Positions 1 to 13,328 of a stretch of 31,327 nucleotides of DNA are shown here, in pieces. Made by a program: the position numbers and the translations under genes. Within the stretch, counting starts at the first letter, position 1. Every line of letters begins with the position of its first letter. The notes under the pieces are model-generated. The model saw nothing but the letters and a program-made list of their open reading frames with translations. It did no database searches and was not told the DNA's origin. This stretch comes from Pseudovirgaria hyperparasitica. Taxonomy: Eukaryota. The stretch lies in the NCBI GenBank assembly GCA_010093815.1, contig ML996569.1. The stretch is one strand, 5' to 3'.

Positions 1-850
1 AGTCCATTATATCTTCCTTTACTAGCGTAATAATATAGGCGGGAGGTATGTTTTATAAATTATAATTAAGATAGTAGCTACTAAGATTAATATCTCCGGC
101 GGCTGTCTAGGCCGATTATACTAGTATCCTAAAACTATCTAGGCTACTATCTAGCCATATATTAAGGCGATCGAATACCGGTAGTAACCGGCCTAAAAAT
201 ATTATAGCGATTAAAATCTCTATTATTATAAGGTACCGGTCTCGTTCGTAAGACTAGAGACTATCTCTATAGGACTACCTCTTTTCATAGATAGTTAGTT
301 CCCTCTCTACTACCATTTCTCCACCTTCTTCTATTAAGCTAGATAGCTAATACGGTGGAGGAGAGGATATAAGGCCGTTATATCCCCGGTTACTATTACG
401 GTAGAATATTACCGTAACGTCTAAGCTATATAGGGCGTTACTACCACATTCGCTACCGGTATACCTAGACTACTAGGTTATTAGTAGATAAACGAACGCG
501 TCGAGATAAGCTAGATATATATATACACGTTTTTTATATTAATAGCTATCGTGTAAGTCCCTATTATTAATACTAATACGTGTCTACGTTATATCGTATC
601 TTCGTTTACCTATCCCGTTTGGTTTACTATGGTTACTAGATTATCTTCTATTAGTATTACCGCCACGGTAGCTAGATAGTCCCTTAACCGTCTTCCGTGT
701 TAGAGGTTCTATAGAGAAGATATATAAGAGATTAGTAGATATTTTCATTAGTAATGGGTCGGTAACCTACTAGGTAATAACATTAGATAGTGGGATAATA
801 ACTAGCTAGTAGACACGATAAAGGTTTAGGCGTAGACTAATATAGTATTT
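1..850 (-). pseudogene. Possible RIP-degraded gene divergent from the transposase, running off the window
   Basis: Coding-like minus-strand stretch with mostly TAA/TAG stops; no recognisable motif; boundaries approximate. Confidence 0.25.
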
Positions 851-1087
851 TTATAGACGCGTAATGCTTACGCGTTATTATTAATAATTTTAAGCGAGCG
901 TGTATAGGAATTAAGGGGCTAAGAGCTAGGTAGAAGTCGGGGGTTAGTAGGTATATATCGGGCTTTCGACGGGCTTACACCTAACTTCTTCCGGTATACG
1001 CCTAGAATATCCACCGTATACCGTATTATTACTATCTACTAATAATTATACTATAGTATTTTTCCTTTATAGTAACTATACCTTAAG

Positions 1088-1974
1088 ATGCCATAGGCCG
1101 TAGTCTCCTACTAATACTATAGTAGAAAGATTAGTAGTATACACTATATAATCCGTAGACACTATAACTTAGAACCATATAGACGAGCACGGCTTACCGC
1201 ATCGCTATTATTATTATAACTATTAGGCCCGTGGCTACTACTATCGACCGGGTTACGGCGCGGCTTTAGTACTCGTAGTTATATTAGTCGATAGAACTCT
1301 TTAGTTCGCTCTATTAGTATTTAGCCGTCGAGCGTTAATTAGGAGTCCGAGTCTATAGAATTAGGTACTTCTACTACTAATATTACCCTATATAAAGATA
1401 CTACTATTTTCCCTAATCCTATTTCGGACCTAAAATCTATAGATAGCGTTACTAGTAGCCATGGTATCGATTTAGTATATTAGTCTAATATATATAGTAG
1501 AAATACTATATCCATGGCGACGAGAGTATCTAGTACTATATATTTAATAAAAACGTTCGAAGAGGAGAGCGGTATATATATTATAGTAGACTAGAGTAGA
1601 CGTGATAATCCGTCCGACGTAAGTATATATAGTCTAGGTTTATAGTAGTAACTAATTTAGTAGGCCCGATTCGGTTAATTCAATAGTAAGTTTATAGAGC
1701 GCCTTATAATATAGACGAATCGGTTCGGTATTTCGAATATAGTATACGATAAATTAACTACTATCCTTAAATAGACTTCCGCTATACCCCCCGACCTTTT
1801 TATACTAAAATCTAATATCGTATATAAGTAGTTATTATACTACCCTAAAGGGATACCGCACGAAAGTTAATAGCGTAGCTATAACATATTCGGCACTACC
1901 ATAGTTAAATACTAGTATAGGGATCCGCTTACGTTAGTGGAATTCCTCCTTAGATACCGACCGTTCGCTAGTAA
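1088..1974 (+). pseudogene. Plavaka transposase, 5' part (N-terminal Zn-finger-like motif), interrupted by the Gypsy insertion
   Basis: ATG at 1088, then one frame with only TAA/TAG stops. It reads VKY*YRDPLTLVEFLLRYRPFAS, matching the Plavaka 'yRDpl..l..ll..p.f' segment. Removing 1975-9329 joins it in frame to K-LMFKPVR*FTSLGDRVY at 9330. Confidence 0.8.
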
Positions 1975-2198
1975 TGTAAGAATAGGGTTATTGGATAGTA
2001 GTATAGTTAGAACAATGGGGTGTATTCTATCATAGAACGAATTACTACCGAACCCTTTCGGTAGGAATCCGAGAGTATATACATAAAGGGACGCTAATCT
2101 ATCTAGTACGTGACTATTTACCGCCCTTCACGTTACCTTCTAACCCTATTAGCTAAGATACATATAGGTTAGGTCCTACCTAAGGCTAAGTCCTAATA
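1975..2198 (-). repeat. 3' LTR of Gypsy family A (224 bp)
   Basis: Plus strand TGTAAG...TCCTAATA; near-identical to 9097-9324 apart from transitions and a 4-bp indel. Confidence 0.95.
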
Positions 2199-2214
2199 AT
2201 TATCCCTTCCCTCT
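2199..2214 (-). other. Polypurine tract
   Basis: Minus strand AGAGGGAAGGGATAAT immediately precedes the 3' LTR. Confidence 0.85.
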
Positions 2215-2682
2215 AGGAAGCTACCCTTAGCGACCTAGATCGTTACCTATCTCTATATCCCTATCCTAAGTCTCGTAAGACCTTAGTCGTTCTCTACGCT
2301 TCGTCTTAGATACTTACCGATATTCGCTAATCTAAGATTTACACAAGCGTTTTCCTAATAAACTAGATTTTATCTATCTTAACTTCTTATAGAGGTAAGA
2401 TTACCTAATTAGGCCTAGCGTATCACGTAATGTAATTAGGTAAGCCCAGGTACTACCTATATTAAAATCTTTTCTTAGAAATATTCCTTTCTTTAAAAAA
2501 CTTCTTAACTCTTTATAGAGTTTTTTAGATTATTAGGTATATCACCCGATCCTTATAGACATAGATTTATATAGATTTACTATAATTTAGTACGATTTAC
2601 GCAATTTACTAATTTTCGTACCGTCCTTAGCTAGTAATAATATAATTCGTAATAATCCGTATAAATTAATAATAATCTTAAT

Positions 2683-3664
2683 ATGGTTTCCCGAAATCTC
2701 GACACTCTAAAGTAATTAGCGCGGAAATAGGCGCCTTCGAATAATCCCTATCTTATATACGTTACTAATATATCGAAAGCCATTAATCTACCCCGACCTA
2801 GGCTAGGCTCTAATAATCTAGCTATATATTATTATGGTTATCGCTTTCCGTCGTATATTACTCACGGTAGTACTAAATCTATAATATACGGCACTTACAT
2901 GACTAAGAAGCGTTATTACTTATAGGTATTTAAGTAAGTTCGAAGAACCTTACATAGATTTACTTATATCGGTATAGATTACTACTAGGCCTCTAGTAAC
3001 CTCTACCGATAAGGAGCGTGGTACTACCAATCGCAACACCTTAGAGAAGGCTTTCTACGAGCTATATACCTAAGGTAAGCGTTACGCCTAGGAGTACGAT
3101 TCTAATAAGATCCGTAAGGATTTATCGGAATCTACTATAGCTATTATTACTACGATTACTAGATAATATCATTTTTCTTAAATCGTTATAGATTCTTACT
3201 AATATATATTAATCTCTATAATAGTACTAAAATCTCTACCACTTTGGACTTCTTTCTATACACCGGCGATATTAGAATTCCTAGAAAAGGTTCTAGTAAA
3301 AAGGCTAAGGTTCCTTCCTCGCGCGTGCTAAAGAGCCGTAAATTTAGGGAAGATGGCTCTAATCTAGAAGTTTCTATACTAAAGGTATATGGTTCTATAC
3401 CGATCGTTAAATCTTTTCGCTAATTTATATAATTCTTAGCGTGCCCGCGCCGGTCCGTCCCTCTCCGTCCCGGGTCCCGCCGCTCTATAGGTTTCTATAG
3501 AGGAGTTTATAGCTATAAGGCGCGCTATATAGAATTTATAGCGTCGGAACGAAAGGCTAGAGACTTATGTTATAAAGCTCTATACTATGCTAAATAAGAA
3601 CCAGCGGAAGGAATTAGATGCAACCATCGCGGTAATTAGTACTTCTACTCCTACTCCGACTTAA
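2683..3664 (+). pseudogene. Putative antisense, intron-containing accessory gene inside the Gypsy 3' region
   Basis: ATG 2683 with TAA/TAG-only stops. YGTYMTKKRYY would restore to a Cys-rich motif. A GT..AG intron at 2926-2977 keeps phase. The last exon is coiled-coil-like (EEFIAIRRAI*NL*RRNERLETYVIKLYTML) and ends at TAA 3664. The middle exon structure is uncertain. Confidence 0.45.
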
Positions 3665-4083
3665 TCGGTTTGGATCTACATAGATCGGTGCTAATATGTC
3701 TCTTTTGTCTGGCGTTTTTGGTTTTCCGGTGGATAGATTGGTGCGAGTTTACATAGATCTACATAGATCTTCATATTTTCTTTTAGCTCTCTTAATTTTA
3801 TCTTTCTTTGATAATAACTTCTTTAATCTCTTTAGTAATCTATACCGATCTATACCGATCGGCACCGATTTTTAATGTCCATTTCTCTTAGTAAATCATT
3901 TTTCTAAGTCTCTTTTTTAGTTAAATTTTTAAAGTTCTAAGTTTGAACTTTCTAAGGAAGTTCCTTAATTCCTTAGAATGTTTTAAAGATCTATGTCTCT
4001 TTCACCTTCTTCCTTTTAGGCGGCCGTTCTCGGCGCCGAACTATACTAAAAAACATCGAATCGCCGTACTTTAGTATAATTCT

Positions 4084-7000
4084 CTACGATTCCGCGGCTT
4101 CCTTTGCTAATCGCTACTTATATACTAACATCGCTACTTTGCTAATGTTTATTATAGGTTCCCAAGTATCTTCGTTAGGATTATATCCTTTCTAATGAAT
4201 TTTATATAGCTATATACTATCTTCGGCGCGTTACTAGCTAAGTATCTACTTAACTTTATAGATATCTATACCTTCTTACGTAACTACTTTATATAGTATC
4301 TATTTAGAATAATCTAGTAATAATAAGGTATAAAATGGCTCGAGAAGCGTAATATAGAATATATTATATATCTTTAACGTAGGAGGGAGTTATAACTCGT
4401 ACGCCTAGTCATTAATTACACGAGTAATCTTATATAGACCTATTATTATATAGTTAAGCTTCTTCTTTAGCCTAATACTACGAATATTCTTGCTATTTAG
4501 TAAAACTTTATCCCTAACATTAAAGATCATAGGTTTTCTACCCTTATCATAGTACGATTTACTATAATTCGTAGCATCTTATAGTAACTTTATAACGCTT
4601 CTTTACGTTTAGAATAGTTCTATAGTAATTTCTATTACTTTAACGTTAGATCATTCTACTTTAAACTAAGTCCCTAAGAACTACATATTATGGTTCCGAC
4701 CGAAGTTTACTTCGAACGGACTTACGTAGGTTAACGTATATCGGCTATTATTATACGCGAATTCCGCGATATAGACTAACCTTACCTAGTTATCCTACTT
4801 ATAGTTATAATATACGCGTAAATACGCCTCGACTATCTGATTCTACCGCTCCGTCTATCTATCTATTTATAGGTGGAATATAGTACTAAGTTTCCGCTTG
4901 ATTCCTAGCGTATAGTAGAAATCCTTCTAAAATTTAGACGTTATCTACGGACCTCTATCCGAAACTATACTATTTAGTATACTATAGAGCCGGACTACGT
5001 CACGGAGTAGTATATCTATAAGATCCGGTGCTTGGATTATCTTCTTTATAGGGATGTAGTATAATATCTTCGTAAATCTATCTAGAACTATAAGTAAACT
5101 ATTATAAATATGCCTAGAATACTTACTTAGGGGCAGATCTATAATAAAATCCATCGATAATTCCTTCTATGCCTCCTTTAGCATAGGTAATAGCCTTAAT
5201 TTGCTATATAGTAAGTATCTATATACTTTTATATACTGGTAAACGTTATACGTTTTTATGTAGTCTTTTATATATTTATAAAGACCCGGCTAGTCGTACG
5301 TCCTTCGGATTAAATCGACCGTTCTTATAACGCTAAAGTACCCTACTAACGCGTAATCGTACTATTCCCTTAAAATATCGATTCGCAAGCCGCCTTCCGG
5401 TATATAGAGTCGGCCTTAGAAGTAGATCGCGTCTAATCGTCGTTCCTACCTTAATAACCATAGCGGATCTACAGCGCTTCCTTTTATGCTTATGACTTTC
5501 TTTACTAATATATCGGAATTCTAGGTAGATTTAATTAAGTCTTCGAGGGTTTTCTTAGTTTCTTAGACGTTTATTTAGATTACTTAATACCCGCTCTAAT
5601 TCCCGCGGAGAATCGCCGAAAGTGTTCTAGCTTCTAGTATTCTATTAGATAACTAGTCTTATAGTATCTAAAGTATAGCATAGTCTAAATTACACCGACT
5701 ATCTACGTCATTCTATAACGATTTCTTATAATCTTTACGCCGCGATAGAGGATTAGCTTTATTCTCTCTTCTAGCTTTATATAAGATTTTAAAGTTAAAT
5801 ATTAACATCTACTTAGCCTAACGTACTTATCGGCGATTAAGGACCTTAGTCGATATAAAGTAACGTAGATTTATATAATCTAATAACAATTCGATCTAAT
5901 ATACGGAGCCTTCTAAATAATATTACCATTACTTAAAACTCTTAACGATTACGAGTAGTTCCTAGTCGTGCGTGTTATAACGCGTCTCTATATCCGCTAT
6001 TTTACGGGAAAAGAAAGCGACCGAGTGCCAGTACACCTTGTCTTTCGCATCTTTATATGGTTAACTAATAATTCTAGTAATTATAAATCCTAACGCGTTA
6101 GTTTTAACCCGAATATACTTCTCGGGATTAAAATACCTAAGAATCGGCGTAGTTATAAAGTAATTCTTTAATGATTGGAACGTATCTCGCGCTTCCGGCG
6201 TTAATAATATCTTAACCGACTTAGCTTTACGCTATACTCGCCTACCTATAGGGATTTTACCGCTATTCTCTATAAGTTTATTAAGCGGCGCCGCAATTCG
6301 TAAGAAGCCTATAATGAATTTATAATAATAGTTTACGAAACCTATAAATGTTCTAATTTAACGTATAGTAGTAGGTTCTAGCCATTCCATGATGGTCTTT
6401 ACACGCTCCGGCTCTATTTTTAGGCCGCCATATGTCATAATAAAGCCGAGAAACCTAACTTCTTATTAGTAAAACTTGCATTTAGATAATTTTACGTAGA
6501 GTTTATACTACCTTAGACGATTTAGTACCGATTTCACGTATTCTTTATGATCCTATATACTATTAGAGTAAATTAGTATATTATCGAGATAAACTACGTA
6601 AATTACGTCAAGTAATTCTACGAGTATAGTATTAATATATCCTTAAAACGCTCCTAGCGCATTTATTAGCCCGAATAGCATAATAGTATACTTAAAATAA
6701 CCATATCTAGTCCGAAATGCGGTTTTCCACTTATCTCCGTAACGAATTTAAAGCCGGTAATATACATCTCGTAAATCTAGCTTCGTAAAGTACTTTACCT
6801 TCGTTAATTAGTCTAAAGATTTACTAACTAGCGGTAATAGGTAACGATTCTTCTTAGTCACCGTATTTAGTATCTAATAGTTAACGCATAGACGTAAACT
6901 TCCGTCTTTCTTCTTCACGAAGAGAATAGGTATACTAGCCGATGATATACTACGACGTATCTAGCCTCTTTTAAGGTATTCTTTAATATATTTATAAAGA

Positions 7001-7761
7001 ACTTTAAGTTCTAGTCTCGAAAGTAGGTAAAGTAGGCTATAAGGGACGTCTACTCCCTCTTCGAGCTCGATCTTTAGCTTATATAGCCCGTGATTAGGGA
7101 GAAGTAACGCATCTCCTACCGAAAACATATCTACATACTACGAATATACGTTAGGTAGCGTATCTTCGCCCCGATTATTACTATTATTCTCGTCTTTATC
7201 GACGATCGATAAGGACGTAAGATAGATTAGCGATAATCGGGTCCGCACGGCGAGGTTCCATGCCTCCTTACTAATAGTTATAACTTACTAGTATAATTTA
7301 CTACGGTATTATCGGAACGTTAATGTCTTCTTCTAAAAATCAAGGATAGGGTTTAGACGTCTAAGCTAAGGCATCCCTAGAATTATATTCTATTAGGTAA
7401 TATTAGCCACGATAAATTTATTAGACATCTACTATTTTATTATCTTCGAGTCATGAACTTCGTAATTCGTTATAGCTTTACCTAAAGTTCTAACTTTATG
7501 TCTATTAACTACGATAGTTCGGCTAACTTTACCGAGATCGTACGATAATCTATACTCCTTTACGAGAATCGACGAAATATAGTTATCTTCTATACTAGTA
7601 TCTACGAGGGCCTATATAGTTTTATTACCATTTACTATAGATAACGATACTTTTAGTAATATTAGGTCTTTACTCGCCGGAAGGCGCTACGGCTCCTCCT
7701 AAGTATATATAATTTAGCTAAGAACGCGGTTAGGTCTCGTGTACTAGCCTATTCTTTTTTT
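4084..7761 (-). pseudogene. pol: Gypsy pol polyprotein (protease, RT, RNase H, integrase, chromodomain)
   Basis: One frame: ALVDTSIEDNYIS (~7602, DTG protease), [36 protein letters not shown] at 6580-6591 (from YLDD), WHSVAFFSRK (RNase H), MDFIIDLP...SIVSDRGP (integrase; track ORF 4945-5154), YKIH*KGYNPNEDTWEP (chromodomain ~4150-4210). Confidence 0.95.
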
Positions 7762-9062
7762 AGATTCTTATAGTTAGGCGAAATATATCCTATTTCTCTA
7801 TACTTATAGTAACGAAGTGCGCTATAATCCTACTATTTTACGATAGGCGTTATATTTAAGCCTATACCTTATCCTTTTCCGTGTTAAGAAGCACCGCCTC
7901 GATTATTTCGGTATCCTCTTAACGCGTTTCTACCCCGATTTACACTCTTCTAGCACTAATCGTAGTAAGGTTACTCTTAATCGAATATATTCGATCGACC
8001 TCGTTTCTAACCCGTATAGGGTTCGTCGGTTTTACCTAGAGAGCCGCGTTTCTTAAGGATGCGGTAGCATTTATTAGCTTTCTTCTCTAATTCGTATAGA
8101 TAGTTAAAACTTAATAATACTATTCCTAGTCTTTCGCGGATTAACGGAAGTAGTACTTCGCGAAACTAGAATATACGAATATTTTCCTATAGCGTAGGAA
8201 TATTATCCTATAGGTTTTAGAGGTATTATAGTAGTTAAGTAGGTATCTAGTTCGGTCGTTATACCACGCTTCTTAACTTAGATAGTGCCTTTCTTTTACG
8301 TTCTCTATCCGTTCCGAGGGTGTTTAGTATAAATATAGCTAAATATTCCTAGGTTATCGTAGATAGTGGCTATACTTTCTTCTGTCTATCCTATTAATCG
8401 CGGGATTATAAGCCTAGGTATCGTTCTCCGAACGAAATGCGTTATACTTTAGTAGAAAAGAGTAGAGAGTTATCGAGGAAGTACTTTTCGTAGTCTCTCT
8501 TCTAGTCTTTCTACTCCTTTTAGTTCTTCCCTATAAATATAGTTAGGTCTTTAGGTTTTAGTACACCTAGAGAAGGAGTAGGGTAAATCGGCAACGAAGC
8601 GGTCGGGTATACGGTGGATTATCGCAACTCTAATGGTAGGTAAACTAATTCCGCCTAAATTGGTGTAGGAAGTCGTCCACCTACTATCGTTCGGCGTAGT
8701 TCTTTAAGAGACTCCTTAAGTTCTTATCTCTTTACGAGGAGTTTCGTGCGTTCTACCTATTCTTTAAGAGTTTAAATCTCTCGAGCCTAATTCGCGACGT
8801 ATTCCTAAAGTTCGGCGATGGTTTATTATAATACCTCGCGTAGCTCCGCCACGACTCGTTATCCGGCTTTATATTATTAGAAGTTACTCGGCGTATCTAC
8901 TATTTCTTCGTCTAAAAGCTCCGTGATTCAGTCTAATATTTCCACTTCTCGGTTAGAAACGGCCGGGATTAATACCGATTATAGAGGATCTCTATTATTT
9001 AATATAGTGTTACTTATCCGTATAGTGGATCGTGTCGATCTTCTCGGTTCTAGTTAGACTAT
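7749..9062 (-). pseudogene. gag: Gypsy gag with C-terminal CCHC zinc knuckle
   Basis: 438-codon frame from a likely RIP-altered start (ATA). It ends in YYKYREIGYISPNY, which restores to C-x2-C-x4-H-x4-C, then an A7 run (7755-7761) and TAG. pol lies in the -1 frame. Confidence 0.85.
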
Positions 9063-9096
9063 CTTAACTATAGTACTATATAGGGAGTAATTCGAA

Positions 9097-9324
9097 TGTA
9101 AGAATAGGGTTATTAAATAGTAGTATAGTTAGATAGAATAATAGGGTGTATTCTATCACAGAATAAATTACTACCGAACCCTTTCGGTAGGAATCCGAGA
9201 GTATATATATAAAGAGACGCCGATCTATCTAGCACGTAACTATTTACCGCCCTTTACGTCACCTCCTAACCCTGTTAGCTAAGGTACGTGTAGGTCGGGT
9301 CCTGCCTAAGGCTAAGTCCTAACA
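9097..9324 (-). repeat. 5' LTR of Gypsy family A (228 bp)
   Basis: Minus strand TGTTAGGA...TTCTTACA with canonical TG..CA ends; TSD AGTAA adjacent. Confidence 0.95.
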
Positions 9325-9329
9325 AGTAA

Positions 9330-11769
9330 GCTCATGTTTAAGCCGGTACGATAATTCACTAGTTTAGGCGACCGGGTATATAATAAAGCCTATATAGTAG
9401 ATGGTTAGTAGGATATACACGCTACTATTCTAGATAGTACTATCGTTATCCCTATTATTTTATCTTCGGATAAGACGAACCTTACTAACTATATTAGTAA
9501 TAGAGTAGCATGGCTAGTCTACCTATCTATTTATAATCTACTACTAAACGTCCACTTATCTAGGAGTCTACTATTATTTCTACTACTTACTCTATTACTA
9601 GTAGTTAAGCTAGAAACGGTAGCGAATCGCTTTATATTCCATTAGATTATAAGTAAAGTTCTAGCCTATATATCCGCCTATAATAGAGTCGTTAACTATA
9701 CTAATCATTATATAGCGTTATAGACTATATAGAGTACTAGAGTATTAGTATTATATACCGATGGCGGCTCGCGTAAGTACTATCCGCGTTTAGCTTTATA
9801 TATTATAGATTTTCCGGAGTAGGTACTTATCACGGGTGTATCCTATCGGTATGCATATCTAACATATATAGTCCCTAGTAATAGACGACAGTATCTACGA
9901 GAAGCCATTACTAGTATATAGGAGTTCCGTATATACTCGTCGTTATAGGAATAGATTTACCGTATATATCGTGAGTTAATAACTAATAGCCATAGTAGCG
10001 AGTACACTAGTAGTAAGATAGATAATAGGATAAGTATACCTAGTGTCTTATCGTTTTCGTCGACGTCTTTCGCGCTAGTAGTATAGGGCTATTATATTCG
10101 CTAATCGGTTAAGAGTCGGTATTCTAGTAGGTGGATAGAGCCATTAGATAATTTCGCCTAGTTACTTACTAGAGTTAATATATACCGCGCGGTCGCTCTG
10201 GACATTCTACATCAACTATATAAGGGCATATTAGAACACACGTTTAATTAGATAGTCTTATATATTATTAATTAAGAGCGTACGGGACATAAGTTAAAGG
10301 GTATATTTACTAGTATACCCCCTATAGAACGAGTAAAGAAGGCAATTAATAAGCGATTCGCGTCTATTAGGGCATTCGGTCGTTATAACCCACTTACGTA
10401 TATAACTTTAGTAATATAATAGACGGGGGCGATGTTTAAGCGTATACTAGTAGTGTTTATAGTCGCGTTTAAACCGCTCCTATATTATAATCGACACTTC
10501 CTAAGCGTAGTACGGGCGGTTATTAATATATATATATTAGCGGCGTACTATACGCATAATACGCAGACACTAGTATACTTAGAAGAGGCTATATTACGCT
10601 TAGACGACCTGAAATACTAGTTTACACCATATCGTGGAGACAAATCGGAGGATAATCATTTTAACTTTCCGAAGTTCCATATATTATCGCACCTAGTTAA
10701 TACTATTAAATACCATGGTTCGTTATATCTAATATCGGTAGAGCTACTAGAGTAATCTTATATCGTAGTAAAGGAATTATATCGAGGTTTAAACAAGAGG
10801 GAGACGTTTCTATAGTAGATGCTAGTAGTAGACACACGCACGACGAATACTAAAATCTCTAGTAGTATAGAGGTGGCGGCTAGTACTAGTATATTAGTGG
10901 CCCCTAGCCTAGAGTAGCTCGATAATACACGTAAGCTAGTTAGCTAGCGGCGTATTCTAAAGAAGCCACGCTAGAGTAAATATACACTCTACGTCTTATA
11001 GAGCCATAGACTATCTATATTCTACTAGACTACCGTTAGCAACCTCTATAACGTATATAGTAGTAGTTTTATATTACTTAATACGGTTATACCCTTTATA
11101 CGCAACTATTATAATTAGCTTATTAGGGATAATATATTAAAAGGTGCGAATATCGAACGTATTAAAAAGGACCCTTCGTGGGCACGGGTCCTTCCTATCT
11201 ATATATATAAGACTATGTACGTGCCGATATAACTAGATAGAGACATATCTATAGAGGCCTTCGACCCGATTCGGGTAAGGTATACCCGTAACTAGAAAAA
11301 GAGTGGTAAGGCTAGGGAGGATTATATAATAGTATAGGAGTTTAATAAGGGTAGTAACTACCTTAACGGGAAGCGGGTTAGTAAAGTCCGTATATTTCTA
11401 GAGGTATATAATATAGAGAGTATCGACGTAACTAGTGGTATAGCGGCGCGATTTCTAGGTACGTTAGTTAAACTACTTAATAACTCGGGTAGAGGTAATA
11501 TTAATACTATTAGTAGCCTTATACCATTACGTATAGCGGGTTAAAGGTCTAGTAATAAGACTCGTATGATAGATAGGTTCCGTGTCTATAAGCTAGAGTA
11601 TATCCTACGCCCTATATAGGTTATATTACGTTAGTTAGTTATAGATAGTTTATTCTAGTTAAACACGTATAGTAATTAGGGGATCTATAATAAGGTATAT
11701 AACCTAGACTTCTAGGCTATGAATAGACGAAACGTAACCGTAGCGTTAAAACACGGGCGCGTATCATAA
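9330..11769 (+). pseudogene. Plavaka transposase, core and 3' part
   Basis: Frame from 9331 reads IPIILSSDKTNLTNYISNRVAWLVYLSIYNL, DGGSRKYYPRLALYIIDFPE*VLITGV, ALDILHQLYKG, HFNFPKFHILSHL...YRGLNKR and F*LNTYSN*GIYNKVY. These are recognisable Plavaka-family motifs with RIP changes. Includes track ORF 10432-10620. The 3' end is approximate. Confidence 0.85.
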
Positions 11770-12216
11770 GTCTATCGCTATCTACCGCCGCCTACCGTAG
11801 TATACCGGTATATGCCGGCATATAGCGGAAGTTATAGTTTATATATAGTAGCACTTGATAGTCGTATCCTACACTAGGATATCTCTAAGGAATAATTATA
11901 GTTTATTACGATCGGTTCTATAAAAGGCTTATATTTAATAACTATCTATAATTTCAGCTAAGGAGTATCTAGGGATACACCTCCTTATTACCTAATAATT
12001 ACTAGCTAGTATAAAAACTCCACGCCTCTAAAAGGGGCATATAGAACTTAAAGGATCCTTATTCACGGGTAGAACTAGACGCGGATAGCATTAACCTAAT
12101 ATAGATAGATTATATACATTAATACCCTAAAATCCGAACTATATCTCTAGGCCCACTAGACCTAGCTCGCATCTAATCCTAATATTTTCGTTATTCGCGT
12201 TTATACCTTATTAGAT

Positions 12217-12344
12217 GCCGGGCATATAACGAGTCTATGGTTAAGTAAGTATTAGGTACGTGACGAGTCTATTAATAAATAAGTACCGGGTATATAACAA
12301 GTCTATATAAATAAGTATAAATAAGTGTATACCGGGTATGTAAC
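12217..12344. repeat. Degenerate ~34-bp tandem repeat, 3-4 copies
   Basis: Units resemble (G/A)CCGGGYATATAACRAGTCTAT...TAARTAAGT. Confidence 0.6.
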
Positions 12345-12349
12345 GCTCT

Positions 12350-13290
12350 TACCAGGGAAACGTCTTCCTTAAGTATCTCCCCCTTCTAATATTTCTCCTC
12401 CTCTTCCTTTATTCTTTTCCTAGCCTTATAAGTATAGTTAGACTTACATCGCTATATTATCGATATATATATTCTTATATAGACTATTAGAAACTACGGT
12501 AACTAGATGTACGTTCTTATAATAGATAAATATACCGTACTAATACGTCGCATTATTCGTGTTTAATATAAGGGTTTACTACTATAATCATTCGTCGTTA
12601 CGCTCGTCTATCTCTTCTTAATAATAGTACTAATTAATAACGACCTATTATAGAGATAATAGTTAGTATTACGTACTTCTCTTAAATATTTATATATTAA
12701 TATCGCATGAGCACATGCTTCGCGGAGGTCCTCTATCCTTCCCTTAAGCTACCTAGACTATCCCCTAATTACTAAAAACTCTTATATCTAACTATTTCTA
12801 CTATTTATTCCTCGGTTCTACTCGTTAGGCTTCGAACGATAGTAAACCATAATAGGTTAGTAGTTATCTATATTTCGTGTACGCCGAGTTAGCATACCTA
12901 AATATAATAGATAATAGTGTATTTATAATAGTATATACTAGATCTTATAGTATTCCTCTTTAGTAGTAGATCCACGTGGTCGTAAAGACGGCCTACTATC
13001 CTATCGTACCTATATACTACGCTACTCTTTTATCGTATATAGACGGTATTACTAGAGTAGGGCCATCGCCCGGTAAACTTAACGTTATATATAGAGTATT
13101 ATATATTTAATGTCGTTATTTTACGTGCTCTATATTAGTACGGGATCGGATGCCGGCCGTATGTTTCCCCGCCTCCATTAAATTAACGAGTTATTACCGA
13201 AAACCATGTAGACTACTCACGTTAATGTAGCCGTAACGTACGTATTATACCTACGCCTATTATATAGTATATATATCTTATCTCTCTATT
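12350..13290 (-). pseudogene. Possible RIP-degraded unknown gene
   Basis: Coding-like minus-strand segments ending in a charged tail (KARKRIKEEEEK); frame not fully resolved. Confidence 0.25.
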
Positions 13291-13328
13291 ACCCTAGTAA
13301 TATATACTATTCCCTATTCTATCTACCT

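Larger units (their letters stand above)
1975..9324 (-). mobile_element. Full-length Ty3/Gypsy chromovirus LTR retrotransposon (family A), RIP-inactivated
   Basis: Two LTRs (1975-2198, 9097-9324), 5-bp TSD AGTAA (1970-1974 and 9325-9329), PPT, gag with CCHC knuckle, pol in order PR-RT-RH-IN-chromodomain. Confidence 0.97.
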
